Both the position numbers and the translations under genes were made by a program. Shown piece by piece: positions 1 to 9,691 of a DNA stretch of 64,000 nucleotides. The notes below the pieces were generated by a model that had not been told where the DNA came from, ran no database searches, and saw nothing but the letters and a program-made list of their open reading frames with translations. The stretch spans positions 102,815 to 166,814 of the forward strand of contig CAXXDQ010000006.1 of assembly GCA_963664325.2 (NCBI GenBank), given 5' to 3'. Source of the stretch: Desulfomonilia bacterium. Lineage in GTDB: Bacteria > Desulfobacterota > Desulfomonilia > UBA1062. The first letter of the stretch is position 1; each line of letters begins with the position of its first letter.

Positions 1-531
1 TCGGCGCACCATAACCGGGTAATAGGCGAGCCCGGCGGGATAGAGCTTCTCGACAAAAACGACAAACCTGTAAAGCCCCTTTATGAGATATTCGAGATAG
101 CTGCCAGGCACGATATGATTGTGGACCCATGCCATGCAGGGACCAAGGAGAGATTCATCGTCGTCGAGGAGGCGAAGAAACTCGGAGTGAAAAGGTTCAT
201 GATCACGCACCCAAACTGGAACGTCACCAAGATGACCCTTGAGCAGGAGCGCGAAATAGGCAAAATGGGCGGATATATAGGCCTCTTCTGCTATGGCGAT
301 ATCCCGAACTTCAACAACCCTAACTGCGACCCTCTTTACATGATCGAGTGCATAAAGAAAGTCGGGCCGGACCGCTGCTTCATCGCATCCGACCTGGGAA
401 CCGTGGTCAATGTTCCGCCCGCGGAAGGCATGAAGCTTTTCGTGCGCATCCTGCTCGCAATGGGCATGAAAAAGGCCGACATACGCAAGATGTGTGTCAA
501 TAATCCCAGATACCTGCTGGGGCTCGACTGA
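1..531 (+). CDS. DUF6282-like amidohydrolase-fold protein, 5'-truncated by the window edge
   Basis: Frame is open from base 1 (SAHHNRVIGEPGGIELLD...); ITHP, ASDLG and C-terminal NNPRYLLGL motifs fit TIM-barrel amidohydrolase-like DUF6282 proteins. Confidence 0.6.
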   Translation, partial: SAHHNRVIGEPGGIELLDKNDKPVKPLYEIFEIAARHDMIVDPCHAGTKERFIVVEEAKKLGVKRFMITHPNWNVTKMTLEQEREIGKMGGYIGLFCYGDIPNFNNPNCDPLYMIECIKKVGPDRCFIASDLGTVVNVPPAEGMKLFVRILLAMGMKKADIRKMCVNNPRYLLGLD

Positions 532-547
532 TTGAAGGGGCTTTGAC

Positions 548-1642
548 ATGGCCGGTAACGATCTGCTGAAGGATGTCGTCAGGCGGCCGATACCGCTTCC
601 GCATCATCCCCTGTACCGTTTCTACAACGGAGGCGGGCTTGTGAGAAAATTCCGGGGCCTCCCTGAAACAGGCGACGGCTGGTGGTCGGAAGACTGGGTC
701 GGTTCATGCACGGTGGCGGGCAACAGAGGCCCCGATGGTTTGGAACAGGGCCTGAGCACAGTGGAGGTAAAAGGCGCCGGTCCTGTCACACTCAAGAGTC
801 TGGTTGAGAATTTCCCCGAAGAGATTATCGGAGCAGGCTTTGCCGAACGCTTTGGTCCTGACATCGCCTTTCTGGTCAAGATACTTTCGCCTGCCGGGCC
901 CGTCCCCCTTCACATCCACCCTGACAGGGCCTGGACCAGAAAAAATCTCAATTCCAGATTCAGCAAAGTTGAAGGATGGATACTGCTGGATACACCGGGC
1001 GACGGCATCGAACCCGCTTATTTCGCCGCCGGTTTCAAGGAAGGCGTGAGCCGGGAATGGTTCCGCGAGATGGTTGACAGCAAGAACGGCATGGCAATGC
1101 GTGAAATGCTTCACCGTACGGAAGTGCATCCCGGCGAGGTGTATATCGCCTATCCGGGCGTGCCGCATTGCGTCGGTCCGCAGGTGCTTGCAATCGAGGT
1201 ACAGGAGCCGACCGATCACATGGTCATCGCCGAGTGGGAAGGCCTGGACGTGGCTGGGGCGACCATGGGCCTCGGATGGGACAGGACTCTGGAGTTTGTC
1301 GATTACATGCCGGTTGAGAAGGAGGCAGCTATTGCAAGGGCCCGCCAGCAGCCGAGCGTCCTTCGCGAGAAAGGGGGCGACCGCGAGACGCGTCTTGTCA
1401 ATCCCGACGTGCTTGGTTATTTCGATGTCACCCGCCTCGATGTATCGGATGAAATAGTAATCGAAGATAACCGCTTCTCAATTGACATCGTCACTGAAGG
1501 CGCCGGGACGATCGAGGGCGACTTCGGCAAAATGCCTGTTAAAAAGGGCGAGTCGTTCGCCTGCGCCGCATCTCTGGGACACTGTTTTCGTGCTCAGGGC
1601 TCGCCGCTGACTGTCGTGCGCTGCATGGGCCCGCTGGTCTGA
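548..1642 (+). CDS. class I mannose-6-phosphate isomerase-like cupin protein
   Basis: SEDW, LVKIL..., LHIHPD, KVEGW, GVPH and EVQEPTD motifs of type I PMI-like proteins. Confidence 0.7.
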   Translation: MAGNDLLKDVVRRPIPLPHHPLYRFYNGGGLVRKFRGLPETGDGWWSEDWVGSCTVAGNRGPDGLEQGLSTVEVKGAGPVTLKSLVENFPEEIIGAGFAERFGPDIAFLVKILSPAGPVPLHIHPDRAWTRKNLNSRFSKVEGWILLDTPGDGIEPAYFAAGFKEGVSREWFREMVDSKNGMAMREMLHRTEVHPGEVYIAYPGVPHCVGPQVLAIEVQEPTDHMVIAEWEGLDVAGATMGLGWDRTLEFVDYMPVEKEAAIARARQQPSVLREKGGDRETRLVNPDVLGYFDVTRLDVSDEIVIEDNRFSIDIVTEGAGTIEGDFGKMPVKKGESFACAASLGHCFRAQGSPLTVVRCMGPLV

Positions 1643-1705
1643 AAATTCATGTCTGTCGTGAAGGAAAGTTATAAAAATGGAAACAACTCACAGGAGGTTA
1701 AAAAT

Positions 1706-2161
1706 ATGCCGGTAAAAAAATTTAAGTCATCGATCAGCGAAGGAATCCTCAAGCCTGAGTTTATTTATGTGAAAGATGGGGTAACGACCTTCGAGTGCAG
1801 GGAGCTTATATCGGAAGCGGCGACCGGGGCAAAAAATGTGTGCATTTTCAGGGCGGTTTTCGGCCCGAGAGAGGAGCATTCCAAGCACGTCCATATGAAA
1901 TGCGATGAAATCGTATATTGCGTCAAAGGCCGCGGTGCAGAAGGGATAGAAGTGAGCAAAGGGGTATGGAAGGAGTATGAATATGTGCCAGGGGTGATCA
2001 TGCATCTTCCCAAAGGGACAGCCCATTATACCAGAAATCCCGACTATTTCGAGAACCTGGAGCTGATAGGGATTTTCCTTGATGTCCCGAACATGGACAA
2101 GAAAACGACGGGATACAAGTCAAGGGGAAAAGTCCTGAAATCCGAGAAAACAATCGTTTAG
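1706..2161 (+). CDS. cupin domain protein
   Basis: HxH...E (HSKHVHMKCDE) and PKGTAH cupin motifs; RBS AGGAGG before ATG 1706. Confidence 0.75.
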   Translation: MPVKKFKSSISEGILKPEFIYVKDGVTTFECRELISEAATGAKNVCIFRAVFGPREEHSKHVHMKCDEIVYCVKGRGAEGIEVSKGVWKEYEYVPGVIMHLPKGTAHYTRNPDYFENLELIGIFLDVPNMDKKTTGYKSRGKVLKSEKTIV

Positions 2162-2204
2162 AGATTTCCACCGGCCGGTATTGTTCATAACGAAATATAT
2201 TTCA

Positions 2205-2328
2205 AAAAGGGCATAAGAACAAGGCAGACCTAGGAGTGACGAAGCAGAAATGTGAGGCGTACTTTTAGCGTACGCCGCAATGTTTCTGCAAGGAGCGACA
2301 ACGGTATGCGCAGTTATGATGCCCTTTT
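2205..2328. repeat. MITE/REP-like palindromic intergenic element
   Basis: Terminal inverted repeats AAAAGGGCAT (2205-2214) / ATGCCCTTTT (2319-2328); internal nested hairpin GCAGAAA..TGAGGCGTAC-loop-GTACGCCGCA..TTTCTGC. Confidence 0.55.
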
Positions 2329-3642
2329 ATTAAATTGCGGCAGGTACTCTGCATGCGCCTCAAGCATCTCATCAAGCAGGTCCTTTGCTTCTTCGATGGT
2401 CAGCTTTCCCGCGACAAACGGATCGAGCTCGAAGGCCTGCTGCGCGATCCTGCGGTCTCCCGTCAGCGCAGCGTCAAGCGTCAGTTCCTGAACTGCAAGG
2501 TGATGCCTCAGATGGGCTGCAAGGGCTTCAGGAAGGGCTCCCACATGAATGGGGAGAACGCCGTAACGGTTAACCAGAGTGGAAACCTCGACAATGGAAT
2601 CATTGGGCAGGTTGTCGATCGCCCCGCGGTTGGGAACGTTAAGGACATGGACCTCGCCACGGTTAAGTACGATTGATTCCATCACCTCCACCACCTGCAC
2701 AGGTTCTATTTCGGGTATGTCCTCAAGGCAGGCCTCTTCCTCCCCGCAAAGCCATCTGTTAACCAGGGCCTCCCACTGTATGATCACATCGCGTTCAACT
2801 TCGAGGTCATGGACGGGATTGTCATACCTCATATTCAGATTTTGCACCCTGCCTTCATATGTGTCGTCCAGTTTGCAGATTGAGGGGAAAAATTCCGTCC
2901 AGTGCGGCCATGCGATAGGAAGGACGCCATATTTCTCGATGCACCAGCGTATGACCGGCTGGTCGGACTCCTTAAGTATCGAGGGAACAGCGCTGCGGCC
3001 GTCCATGAAACGCAGATCCGTGATGCATGCGCAGTGATTTATCCCGGCCGTAAGAGGCGGCAGCGCCAGCTCTTCGGGTTCCACCCCGGCCCAGCCCGAC
3101 AGGAAATCCGCATCGCGCACATAGACGCCGTTCGTGCAGATGCTTATTGCATTGACGCGGGTTTCCCTGCGCATCGCCCGGCACAGGACCGTAGCCGGAT
3201 TGGTGTAGTTGAACAGGATTGCGTCTGGAGAGACTTCCTGCAGGTCTTTGCAGACCTCGACCAGCGGGATGACATGCCGGAATGCGCGCATTATACCACC
3301 CGGGCCGACAGAGTCGCCGATTGGCTGGCAGATACCGTATCTGGCCGGGATCTCGAGGTCCTTTTCCCAGGCGTCATATCCGCCAACGGAAATGGCTGCG
3401 ATGACAAAATCCGCTCCCGCTAGCGATTCGCGGCGGTTTGTCGTGCTCTCTATTTTGAGCTGCGCCCCGGTTTTTTCTACCAGGAGTCTGCCCAGCGTCT
3501 CCATCAGTTCGAGACGGTGAGGGTCTATGTCCATCAGCATGATCGTGCTTCCCTGAAAAGCTTCCGACTTGATAAAAAGGGAAATTAGCTGAGGGGTGAA
3601 AATACTGCTTCCTCCGCCGATAACAGTGATCTTGTAGGCCAT
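2314..3642 (-). CDS. glycoside hydrolase family 4 (NAD/Mn-dependent alpha-galactosidase/glucosidase-like)
   Basis: KITVIGGGS, GDSVGPGG, NYTNP, catalytic Cys (SICTN), GINH, NVPNRGAIDNLP. Confidence 0.9.
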   Translation of the reverse strand: MAYKITVIGGGSSIFTPQLISLFIKSEAFQGSTIMLMDIDPHRLELMETLGRLLVEKTGAQLKIESTTNRRESLAGADFVIAAISVGGYDAWEKDLEIPARYGICQPIGDSVGPGGIMRAFRHVIPLVEVCKDLQEVSPDAILFNYTNPATVLCRAMRRETRVNAISICTNGVYVRDADFLSGWAGVEPEELALPPLTAGINHCACITDLRFMDGRSAVPSILKESDQPVIRWCIEKYGVLPIAWPHWTEFFPSICKLDDTYEGRVQNLNMRYDNPVHDLEVERDVIIQWEALVNRWLCGEEEACLEDIPEIEPVQVVEVMESIVLNRGEVHVLNVPNRGAIDNLPNDSIVEVSTLVNRYGVLPIHVGALPEALAAHLRHHLAVQELTLDAALTGDRRIAQQAFELDPFVAGKLTIEEAKDLLDEMLEAHAEYLPQFNKRAS

Positions 3643-3849
3643 CAAACGCTCCTTGAAAAAAAATTTTATAAGAATATTTTCCTGCTTGTTCAAGTATAAG
3701 TATAAGCAGACTGGGTGTCAATTGGCCATGAATGATAATATAAAAGCCACCTGAATAATTTTCTGCATCAGATCAATACAGGGAACCTTTTATTATTTGA
3801 TTGTTGGTTTATGTCCACGTTTTAACGCAGCCGTTTTATTTTCACCCAC

Positions 3850-3878
3850 TTGACGCCCTGTTTTATAAAAGTTAATAT
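3850..3878 (+). promoter_or_regulatory. sigma70-type promoter
   Basis: TTGACG-N17-TAATAT upstream of the metallophosphoesterase gene. Confidence 0.45.
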
Positions 3879-4040
3879 TATAATTAATATAATAAATGCT
3901 TTTTAATGACATTTGTCATTACTATTATGAGGTTCAAAAACTAAGAGAGCTTTCGATTATCCCTTTATGTACTTATTTATATTTTTTGAAATCCGACGGG
4001 ATGATTGGTTGCCATATGAAATTCTTACGCAGCGAGGAGG

Positions 4041-5603
4041 ATGTTTATGAATATTTGTTTTTTCAGCTATTTGAAGCATTTTAGCATGACTTCTCTGTTC
4101 TTAATGTCACTATGCATTTTACCGGCATCAATTCTTTATGCGGCCCTTCCGCAGCTCTATCTGTGCAAGGGTGACGGCTGTAAAATTAGCCCTGATCCTG
4201 CCGCAGCAACAAACAGTTATGCGGAGCTTATTGATTTTGCCCAGACAAGTGATATACATCTGGTGGATGAAGGCAACCCTTTAAGAGCTGAAGAACTGAA
4301 GATAGATAATAAAGATCAAACTGATCTTGGCATACTCCTTAAATCAATATCATCGGCGAACAGACCTATCGGGCCATACTCGGCATTGCTTTGGGAATAT
4401 GTTATCGAGGATATTAATGCGGCGGATGCATCAAAAAAACTTGATTTCATGATTGCCACAGGTGACTTTACAGATACTTCCATAATCCCTGAATATCGAT
4501 TGTTTGTCGACTTGATTGACGGAGGCGATATCGTATCTCCATTTGAAAATCATGGGGATAACAACATTGATGAGCCGGCAACATATATTCCCAGGAGAAC
4601 AGCCGGTGAAAATATTGAAGATGGTTTTTTGCTTGAGGGGCTTAACCCTGACTTCTATGCAACAACAGGGAATCATGATGTGGAATACATGGGGACATTC
4701 AATACCGACGGCATCTTCGGATTAATGGTAAAAGAGATCGCATATGGAATCGATATATCTGAAATGTGTTATCTTCAAGATCTTATCGATATATTTAAGA
4801 ATTCTGCAAAGAGCAGCCATTTTGCGAATAAAATGGATGAAGAAAACGGCAAAACCGGCAAGGTAAAAGGGGCGTATACCTTTGATCCTAAACCGTTTGT
4901 ACATTGTATTGTTTTAAATACCTGTGAATATTCTTATGAAAAGAACGGTCAGGATATGCCGCTTGAAAACCTGTCACTGGGACTTCTGTCCATTGAGCAG
5001 ATGAACTGGGCACTTAATGATATCGATGCTAACAGAGACAAACTGTGCATCATCTTTGCACATCACGGACCTCACTGGTTCTGGCCGTTGATCAACAGTA
5101 GCAGCAAGTACTACATTACAGGTGGTGAATTCAGGAAGGCCCTTTTGACGAAAAAGAACGTTATAGCCTATTTAAACGGTCACTCACATATGAATAAAAT
5201 AAGGGCTGAGTACAATGAGGACGGAACAGGCTACTGGGATATCAACACCTGCGGAATAATTGATTTCCCATATGAATGGAGGAATATATCCGTGATCGAT
5301 ATCGGAAACGGTCTTGGAATGATTAGAAGTAAAATGCATGGACCATCTAATGTCGATAAAAACAAAGTGCCATACCTTGAAGATAATGGGAGTGAAATCA
5401 AAGAAGGTTCTGAGAATGACAGGGATGTGGAAATGTATTTTAAAATGCCGGTTGAAGTATCTAAGGCAATTATTTCTGCCAATGAGCAGCCTGTCAGGCC
5501 TCTTGAAGATTCAGAGGGTGACGGCTCGCAACAGACAGGCGAAGGCAACCCGGACAGCGGAGGAAGCAGCAGCCTGTGCTTTATAGCCTCGTCCCTGATA
5601 TAA
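4041..5603 (+). CDS. secreted calcineurin-like metallophosphoesterase with C-terminal CFI tail
   Basis: Signal peptide; SDIH, TGDFTD, GNHD, HH and GHSH motifs; ends GNPDSGGSSSL-CFIASSLI; the start may be ATG 4047. Confidence 0.85.
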   Translation: MFMNICFFSYLKHFSMTSLFLMSLCILPASILYAALPQLYLCKGDGCKISPDPAAATNSYAELIDFAQTSDIHLVDEGNPLRAEELKIDNKDQTDLGILLKSISSANRPIGPYSALLWEYVIEDINAADASKKLDFMIATGDFTDTSIIPEYRLFVDLIDGGDIVSPFENHGDNNIDEPATYIPRRTAGENIEDGFLLEGLNPDFYATTGNHDVEYMGTFNTDGIFGLMVKEIAYGIDISEMCYLQDLIDIFKNSAKSSHFANKMDEENGKTGKVKGAYTFDPKPFVHCIVLNTCEYSYEKNGQDMPLENLSLGLLSIEQMNWALNDIDANRDKLCIIFAHHGPHWFWPLINSSSKYYITGGEFRKALLTKKNVIAYLNGHSHMNKIRAEYNEDGTGYWDINTCGIIDFPYEWRNISVIDIGNGLGMIRSKMHGPSNVDKNKVPYLEDNGSEIKEGSENDRDVEMYFKMPVEVSKAIISANEQPVRPLEDSEGDGSQQTGEGNPDSGGSSSLCFIASSLI

Positions 5604-5622
5604 AATGAGAAATATCTTGAAC

Positions 5623-5661
5623 AGCAACTCCTGAAGCGCAATATCAGGAGTTGCTATTTTA
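5623..5661 (+). terminator. intrinsic terminator
   Basis: Stem AGCAACTCCTGA / TCAGGAGTTGCT followed by ATTTTA. Confidence 0.7.
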
Positions 5662-5736
5662 TAAAAAGAACTCTTTTGTTTTTCTTCCAGAAAACCGATT
5701 TTAATTTTATCATCAAATTCGTCCATGGAGGAATAA

Positions 5737-6747
5737 ATGAGGATTCTGGTTACAGGAGGAGCAGGATATATCGGTAGTCATACCGTACTTGAACTTATGA
5801 AGGCCGGGTTTGAAGTCGTAATAGTTGACAACCTTTCAAACAGCAAAGAAGAATCATTAAAAAGGGTAAGTGAACTTGCCGGAAAGACTGTGGAATTTTA
5901 CAAGTCCGATCTGCTCGATATTGACTCCCTGAGATCAATTTTTTCAAGGAATGCGTTTGATGCGGTAATTCATTTTGCCGGGTTAAAAGCTGTCGGCGAG
6001 TCGGTTTCCATACCACTTCATTATTATCACAATAATATTACGGGTACGCTTATGCTCCTTGAAGCAATGAAAGATGCAAATGTTAAAAACATTGTATTCA
6101 GTTCTTCGGCAACTGTATATGGAGATCCTGAGAGAATTCCAATAATCGAAAACGACAAGCTCTGTCCTACCAATCCCTATGGCAGAACTAAATATATGAT
6201 CGAGGAAATCATGAAAGATCTTCATGTTTCCGATAAATCATGGAACATAATCCTGCTGAGATATTTCAACCCGGTCGGGGCTGATAAAAGCGGTAGGATA
6301 GGAGAGGATCCCAATGGTATCCCTAATAACCTCATGCCATTTATTTCTCAGGTTGCGGTTGGGAAATTAAAGGAACTAAGCATATTCGGTAATGACTATC
6401 CGACTCATGACGGCACAGGTGTACGTGATTATATTCATGTTGTGGATCTTGCAATCGGCCACATAAAAGCCATTGATAGATTAAGAGAAAAGCCGGGTGT
6501 GGCCATATATAATCTCGGAACAGGACAGGGCTACAGTGTTCTGGATATGATAAAGGCTTTTGAAAAGGCTTCAGGTAAAAAAATACCATATAAATTTACC
6601 GGCAGGAGGCCTGGAGATATTGCTGTTTGTTATGCAGATCCGTCGAAAGCTTTAAAGGAACTTGGATGGAAATCTGAACGCGGGCTTGAGAGGATGTGTG
6701 AAGATTCATGGCGCTGGCAATCCATGAACCCCCGCGGATACGAATGA
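5737..6747 (+). CDS. galE: UDP-glucose 4-epimerase
   Basis: [47 protein letters not shown]. Confidence 0.97.
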   Translation: MRILVTGGAGYIGSHTVLELMKAGFEVVIVDNLSNSKEESLKRVSELAGKTVEFYKSDLLDIDSLRSIFSRNAFDAVIHFAGLKAVGESVSIPLHYYHNNITGTLMLLEAMKDANVKNIVFSSSATVYGDPERIPIIENDKLCPTNPYGRTKYMIEEIMKDLHVSDKSWNIILLRYFNPVGADKSGRIGEDPNGIPNNLMPFISQVAVGKLKELSIFGNDYPTHDGTGVRDYIHVVDLAIGHIKAIDRLREKPGVAIYNLGTGQGYSVLDMIKAFEKASGKKIPYKFTGRRPGDIAVCYADPSKALKELGWKSERGLERMCEDSWRWQSMNPRGYE

Positions 6748-6889
6748 GGAAATTTTTTCCCTGAATAACATTTGATTCCCATTATTTTATAAAAATATTT
6801 CATTTCAGAAGAATGAATTAAGCTCAGATTGAAACGTATCAACTCTGTTTATCAGCATATTAAACAAAATATATCATTAGAGAAATATT

Positions 6890-6905
6890 TGGCATGTCTG
6901 TTGCT
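6890..6905 (+). promoter_or_regulatory. sigma54 (-24/-12) promoter
   Basis: TGGCAT-GTCTG-TTGCT matches TGGCAY-N5-TTGCW. Confidence 0.65.
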
Positions 6906-6940
6906 TATCTATTCACTATTGCATATTAAATTTCATTTAT

Positions 6941-7025
6941 AATGCTGCTGCGGTCTGAGTGGATTATTCACCTGAAGGTGAACATTTTATTTTGTTATAA
7001 CATCAGATCCGCAGTCAGCAGTATT
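6941..7025 (+). ncRNA. candidate structured RNA or leader downstream of the sigma54 promoter
   Basis: Long imperfect stem (6941-6958 with 7003-7025) enclosing the hairpin TTCACC-TGAA-GGTGAA. Confidence 0.3.
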
Positions 7026-7124
7026 GTTTTATCCATCCTGTAGGTAATATCCCATAAAACACGGATTGCCAGCATCCAGCAAATAACTTGAAGAAAATGA
7101 AGCTATGTGATATTATTAGTTTTG

Positions 7125-7152
7125 TATAGTTTTTTATTTTGTTTGCCGATTA
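7125..7152 (+). promoter_or_regulatory. sigma28-like promoter
   Basis: TATA-N16-GCCGATTA upstream of the PilZ gene. Confidence 0.4.
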
Positions 7153-7194
7153 ATTAGTCACGGCAATAAATTTTAAAATAGGAGGTATACTTTC

Positions 7195-7503
7195 ATGGAT
7201 GAGAAAAGAAAAAGCTCCCGTACCAGCGTCAATCTGAAAGTTATATTTATGGGAGATTCGATGAATTACAACAGGGGGAAGGTGAACAATATCAGCAAGG
7301 GAGGGATGTTTATTCAAACGGAAATTCCCCAGGATATAGGAATGTACGTTCTTGCAAGTATTGATGTAGATAATATGGGACGCATAGTATGGGCTCAGGG
7401 CCGTATTGTTAGAAAATTAGATGACGGTATGGCTATAGAATTTACAAGAACAGATACGAGAGGAATAGATTCTATTATATCCAACTGGGGGATGCCTTAT
7501 TAG
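7195..7503 (+). CDS. PilZ domain protein
   Basis: RKSSR and NISKGG c-di-GMP-binding PilZ motifs; RBS AGGAGG. Confidence 0.85.
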   Translation: MDEKRKSSRTSVNLKVIFMGDSMNYNRGKVNNISKGGMFIQTEIPQDIGMYVLASIDVDNMGRIVWAQGRIVRKLDDGMAIEFTRTDTRGIDSIISNWGMPY

Positions 7504-7538
7504 GTACATCCCCCTTTCTTTATCATGAAATTTATTTT

Positions 7539-8522
7539 CTATTTACCTGACGCAGCAAATCCATCTTCGATATACATAATTGAATATGTAATAAGAACTA
7601 TGGCACTGTTTGAAGTTGTCTGAAGAACTATACCACTGCCAGCATATGCATTTATATCTTTGAGGACTTTGCCATCCTTAACATTAATGGGTTTATAAAT
7701 ATTCAGTATATTACCCTTCCTGAGGCCTTTTGAGGAACCAGTATCTATAAATACGATATCTCCATTCCCTGCACCTGAAGCATCATTCCATACATCAATA
7801 ATTTTTGCATCCTCGATGTTCCTGTTTTCTGATGGTTTAATTGTGACTGGCTGCACGCTGTTGATATCATCATCAACAAGATCGTTTTTGTGAATTTCTT
7901 GATAGGAATAGGTGACAGTGCATATCGCTATGCCTTTTTTAACGCTGTCCACCTTTGCCAGTGCAATTATTTTGTAGAGATATCCATAGGGTGTATCGTC
8001 AACAACGACCTCATTCTGCAATGACTTGATTATCAGGCCTTTTCCCGGTTTGGCATCAGGATAACCCTTGACCAGTATTTTATCTTCGGTTTCAGAAAAA
8101 GAACCTACGTCAACATTTGCAGCTACACTCCCTTTTGATTTCAGTGGTTTTTCAGAATAAATAAGTGTTGAATACTCCGGTGACAAAACAATGGACCTTC
8201 CTTTGATATCAGCAAGCTGGTCAGTGGAAAAAACTCTTTCCCCTGCCGTTTTGTCGGAAGGAATGATTTTAATGGTTATTTTGCCGTCCTGACTGAAAAT
8301 GACAACCTTGTCACCCGGGTATATAAGATGCGGATTTGTTATTTTATCATTTTCAGACCAGATAAGCGGCCATTTCCAGGGCGTCTTCAGGTATTTATTA
8401 GAGATATCCCAAAGTGTGTCGCCTTTCTTCACAGTATGGACGACTTCCGAATCATCCGCCCAAGCTGCACCAAATGCTGCCAGGAAAAAAAAGCCGATAA
8501 TTAGAGGAATAACCTTCTTCAA
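7539..8522 (-). CDS. LysM peptidoglycan-binding periplasmic protein (TsaP-like)
   Basis: Signal peptide; HTVKKGDTLWDIS...PWKWPLIW..N..ITNPHLIYPGD; TTG start after RBS AAGGAGG. Confidence 0.85.
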   Translation of the reverse strand: MKKVIPLIIGFFFLAAFGAAWADDSEVVHTVKKGDTLWDISNKYLKTPWKWPLIWSENDKITNPHLIYPGDKVVIFSQDGKITIKIIPSDKTAGERVFSTDQLADIKGRSIVLSPEYSTLIYSEKPLKSKGSVAANVDVGSFSETEDKILVKGYPDAKPGKGLIIKSLQNEVVVDDTPYGYLYKIIALAKVDSVKKGIAICTVTYSYQEIHKNDLVDDDINSVQPVTIKPSENRNIEDAKIIDVWNDASGAGNGDIVFIDTGSSKGLRKGNILNIYKPINVKDGKVLKDINAYAGSGIVLQTTSNSAIVLITYSIMYIEDGFAASGK

Positions 8523-8564
8523 GTCTTACCCTCCTTTATTGCACAGGTTTTGTTCTTTGACACT

Positions 8565-8592
8565 ATATCGGTGTTGAATGTGCCATTCTTGA
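8565..8592 (-). promoter_or_regulatory. sigma28-like promoter
   Basis: TCAA-N16-ACCGATAT on the minus strand upstream of the LysM gene. Confidence 0.4.
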
Positions 8593-8636
8593 ATAATTAT
8601 TGCAAGATTAAATGGTTTTAAATATACATTTATTTC

Positions 8637-9062
8637 ATGATCAATCAGGGAATGTATGCAGATGCCCATCTATTCGTCGCTGCAATAAGGGTTTTAGAGC
8701 ACAGGCAGGGAAGGTCTCCCGCATTAAAAGAAATTGCAGAAATGCTGAATTTATCAGCAGAAGAAACGGCGCGCATTTCAAGAAGGCTTGATGAAGCCGG
8801 AATCATCAGAACGGCTGCCAGCGGCATAGACGAACGCTTTTATATTAACGACCACCTGGCCATTGAAAATATCCCGAAAGAGACAAGTGCCCCTGCAATG
8901 ATGGAAGAAATAATGCGCATGAAGGCCGAAAAAGAAGCGAAATTAAGCCAGCTTGAAGGGGTGATGAAAAAAGGTCCGGTAAAGCCTGATCTTTTCAATG
9001 AACTTGACAAGGCACTCAAGGACCCGTCGGCCGTTAAAAAGAAACCGAATCCGCTTGATTGA
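8637..9062 (+). CDS. hypothetical protein with a winged-HTH-like N-terminus
   Basis: PALKEIAEMLNLSAEETARISRRLDEAGII is an HTH-like pattern; charged tail. Confidence 0.6.
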   Translation: MINQGMYADAHLFVAAIRVLEHRQGRSPALKEIAEMLNLSAEETARISRRLDEAGIIRTAASGIDERFYINDHLAIENIPKETSAPAMMEEIMRMKAEKEAKLSQLEGVMKKGPVKPDLFNELDKALKDPSAVKKKPNPLD

Positions 9063-9067
9063 AAAGT

Positions 9068-9691
9068 TCACAAAGAATTCATAGCCCATACAACCGCCCT
9101 GCGGTTGTTCTTCAACTCAACAGGATAATTTGATGCATAAACATGGCCCGGCCAAACAAGCGTATCACCGGGCAGATCAAGGAGTATCCCGAGGCTTTCC
9201 TTCATCGATTTGGTGCTGCCGCAGGGTATGTCTGTTCTGCCTACACCGCCTGTGAACATTGTATCTCCGGAGATCAGGTTTCCATCCCAGTATAGGCAAA
9301 TGGAACCGGGTGAATGGCCGGGTGTGTGCAGTATATGAACAGCTGTTCCGCCCAGATTGATTTTGACATCTTCTGCAAGTGTAAAATCTGTTTTGGGAGG
9401 CTTTTTACCGGCAATTAATGATGATAAAAAGGTATTCATCAATCGGTAGAGTGCCATATTTTCAAATTTGTGGGCTCTTATTGATCCGAGTCTGCCGAAA
9501 AAAGGATTTCCCAGAGTATGGTCAAAATGGATGTGTGTGTTGATCACAGTTTGTATTTTCAATTGGTTGTCAAAGGTTGAAGCAAGCTCCTTTGCCGGGT
9601 CGATGACGATACATTCCCTGGAATCATGATCAGCCAGGATATAGCTCAGAAGGCTGAAATATCTTGACTCAAACGGTATGACTTTTATCAT
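9068..9691 (-). CDS. MBL-fold metallo-hydrolase (glyoxalase II-like)
   Basis: THIHFDH, HTPGHSPG, SGDTMF, WPGH. Confidence 0.9.
   Translation of the reverse strand: MIKVIPFESRYFSLLSYILADHDSRECIVIDPAKELASTFDNQLKIQTVINTHIHFDHTLGNPFFGRLGSIRAHKFENMALYRLMNTFLSSLIAGKKPPKTDFTLAEDVKINLGGTAVHILHTPGHSPGSICLYWDGNLISGDTMFTGGVGRTDIPCGSTKSMKESLGILLDLPGDTLVWPGHVYASNYPVELKNNRRAVVWAMNSL

Noticed and set aside
6942-7043. 33-aa ORF inside the sigma54-linked hairpin
   Set aside because: No RBS and no recognizable motif; RNA structure explains the segment better
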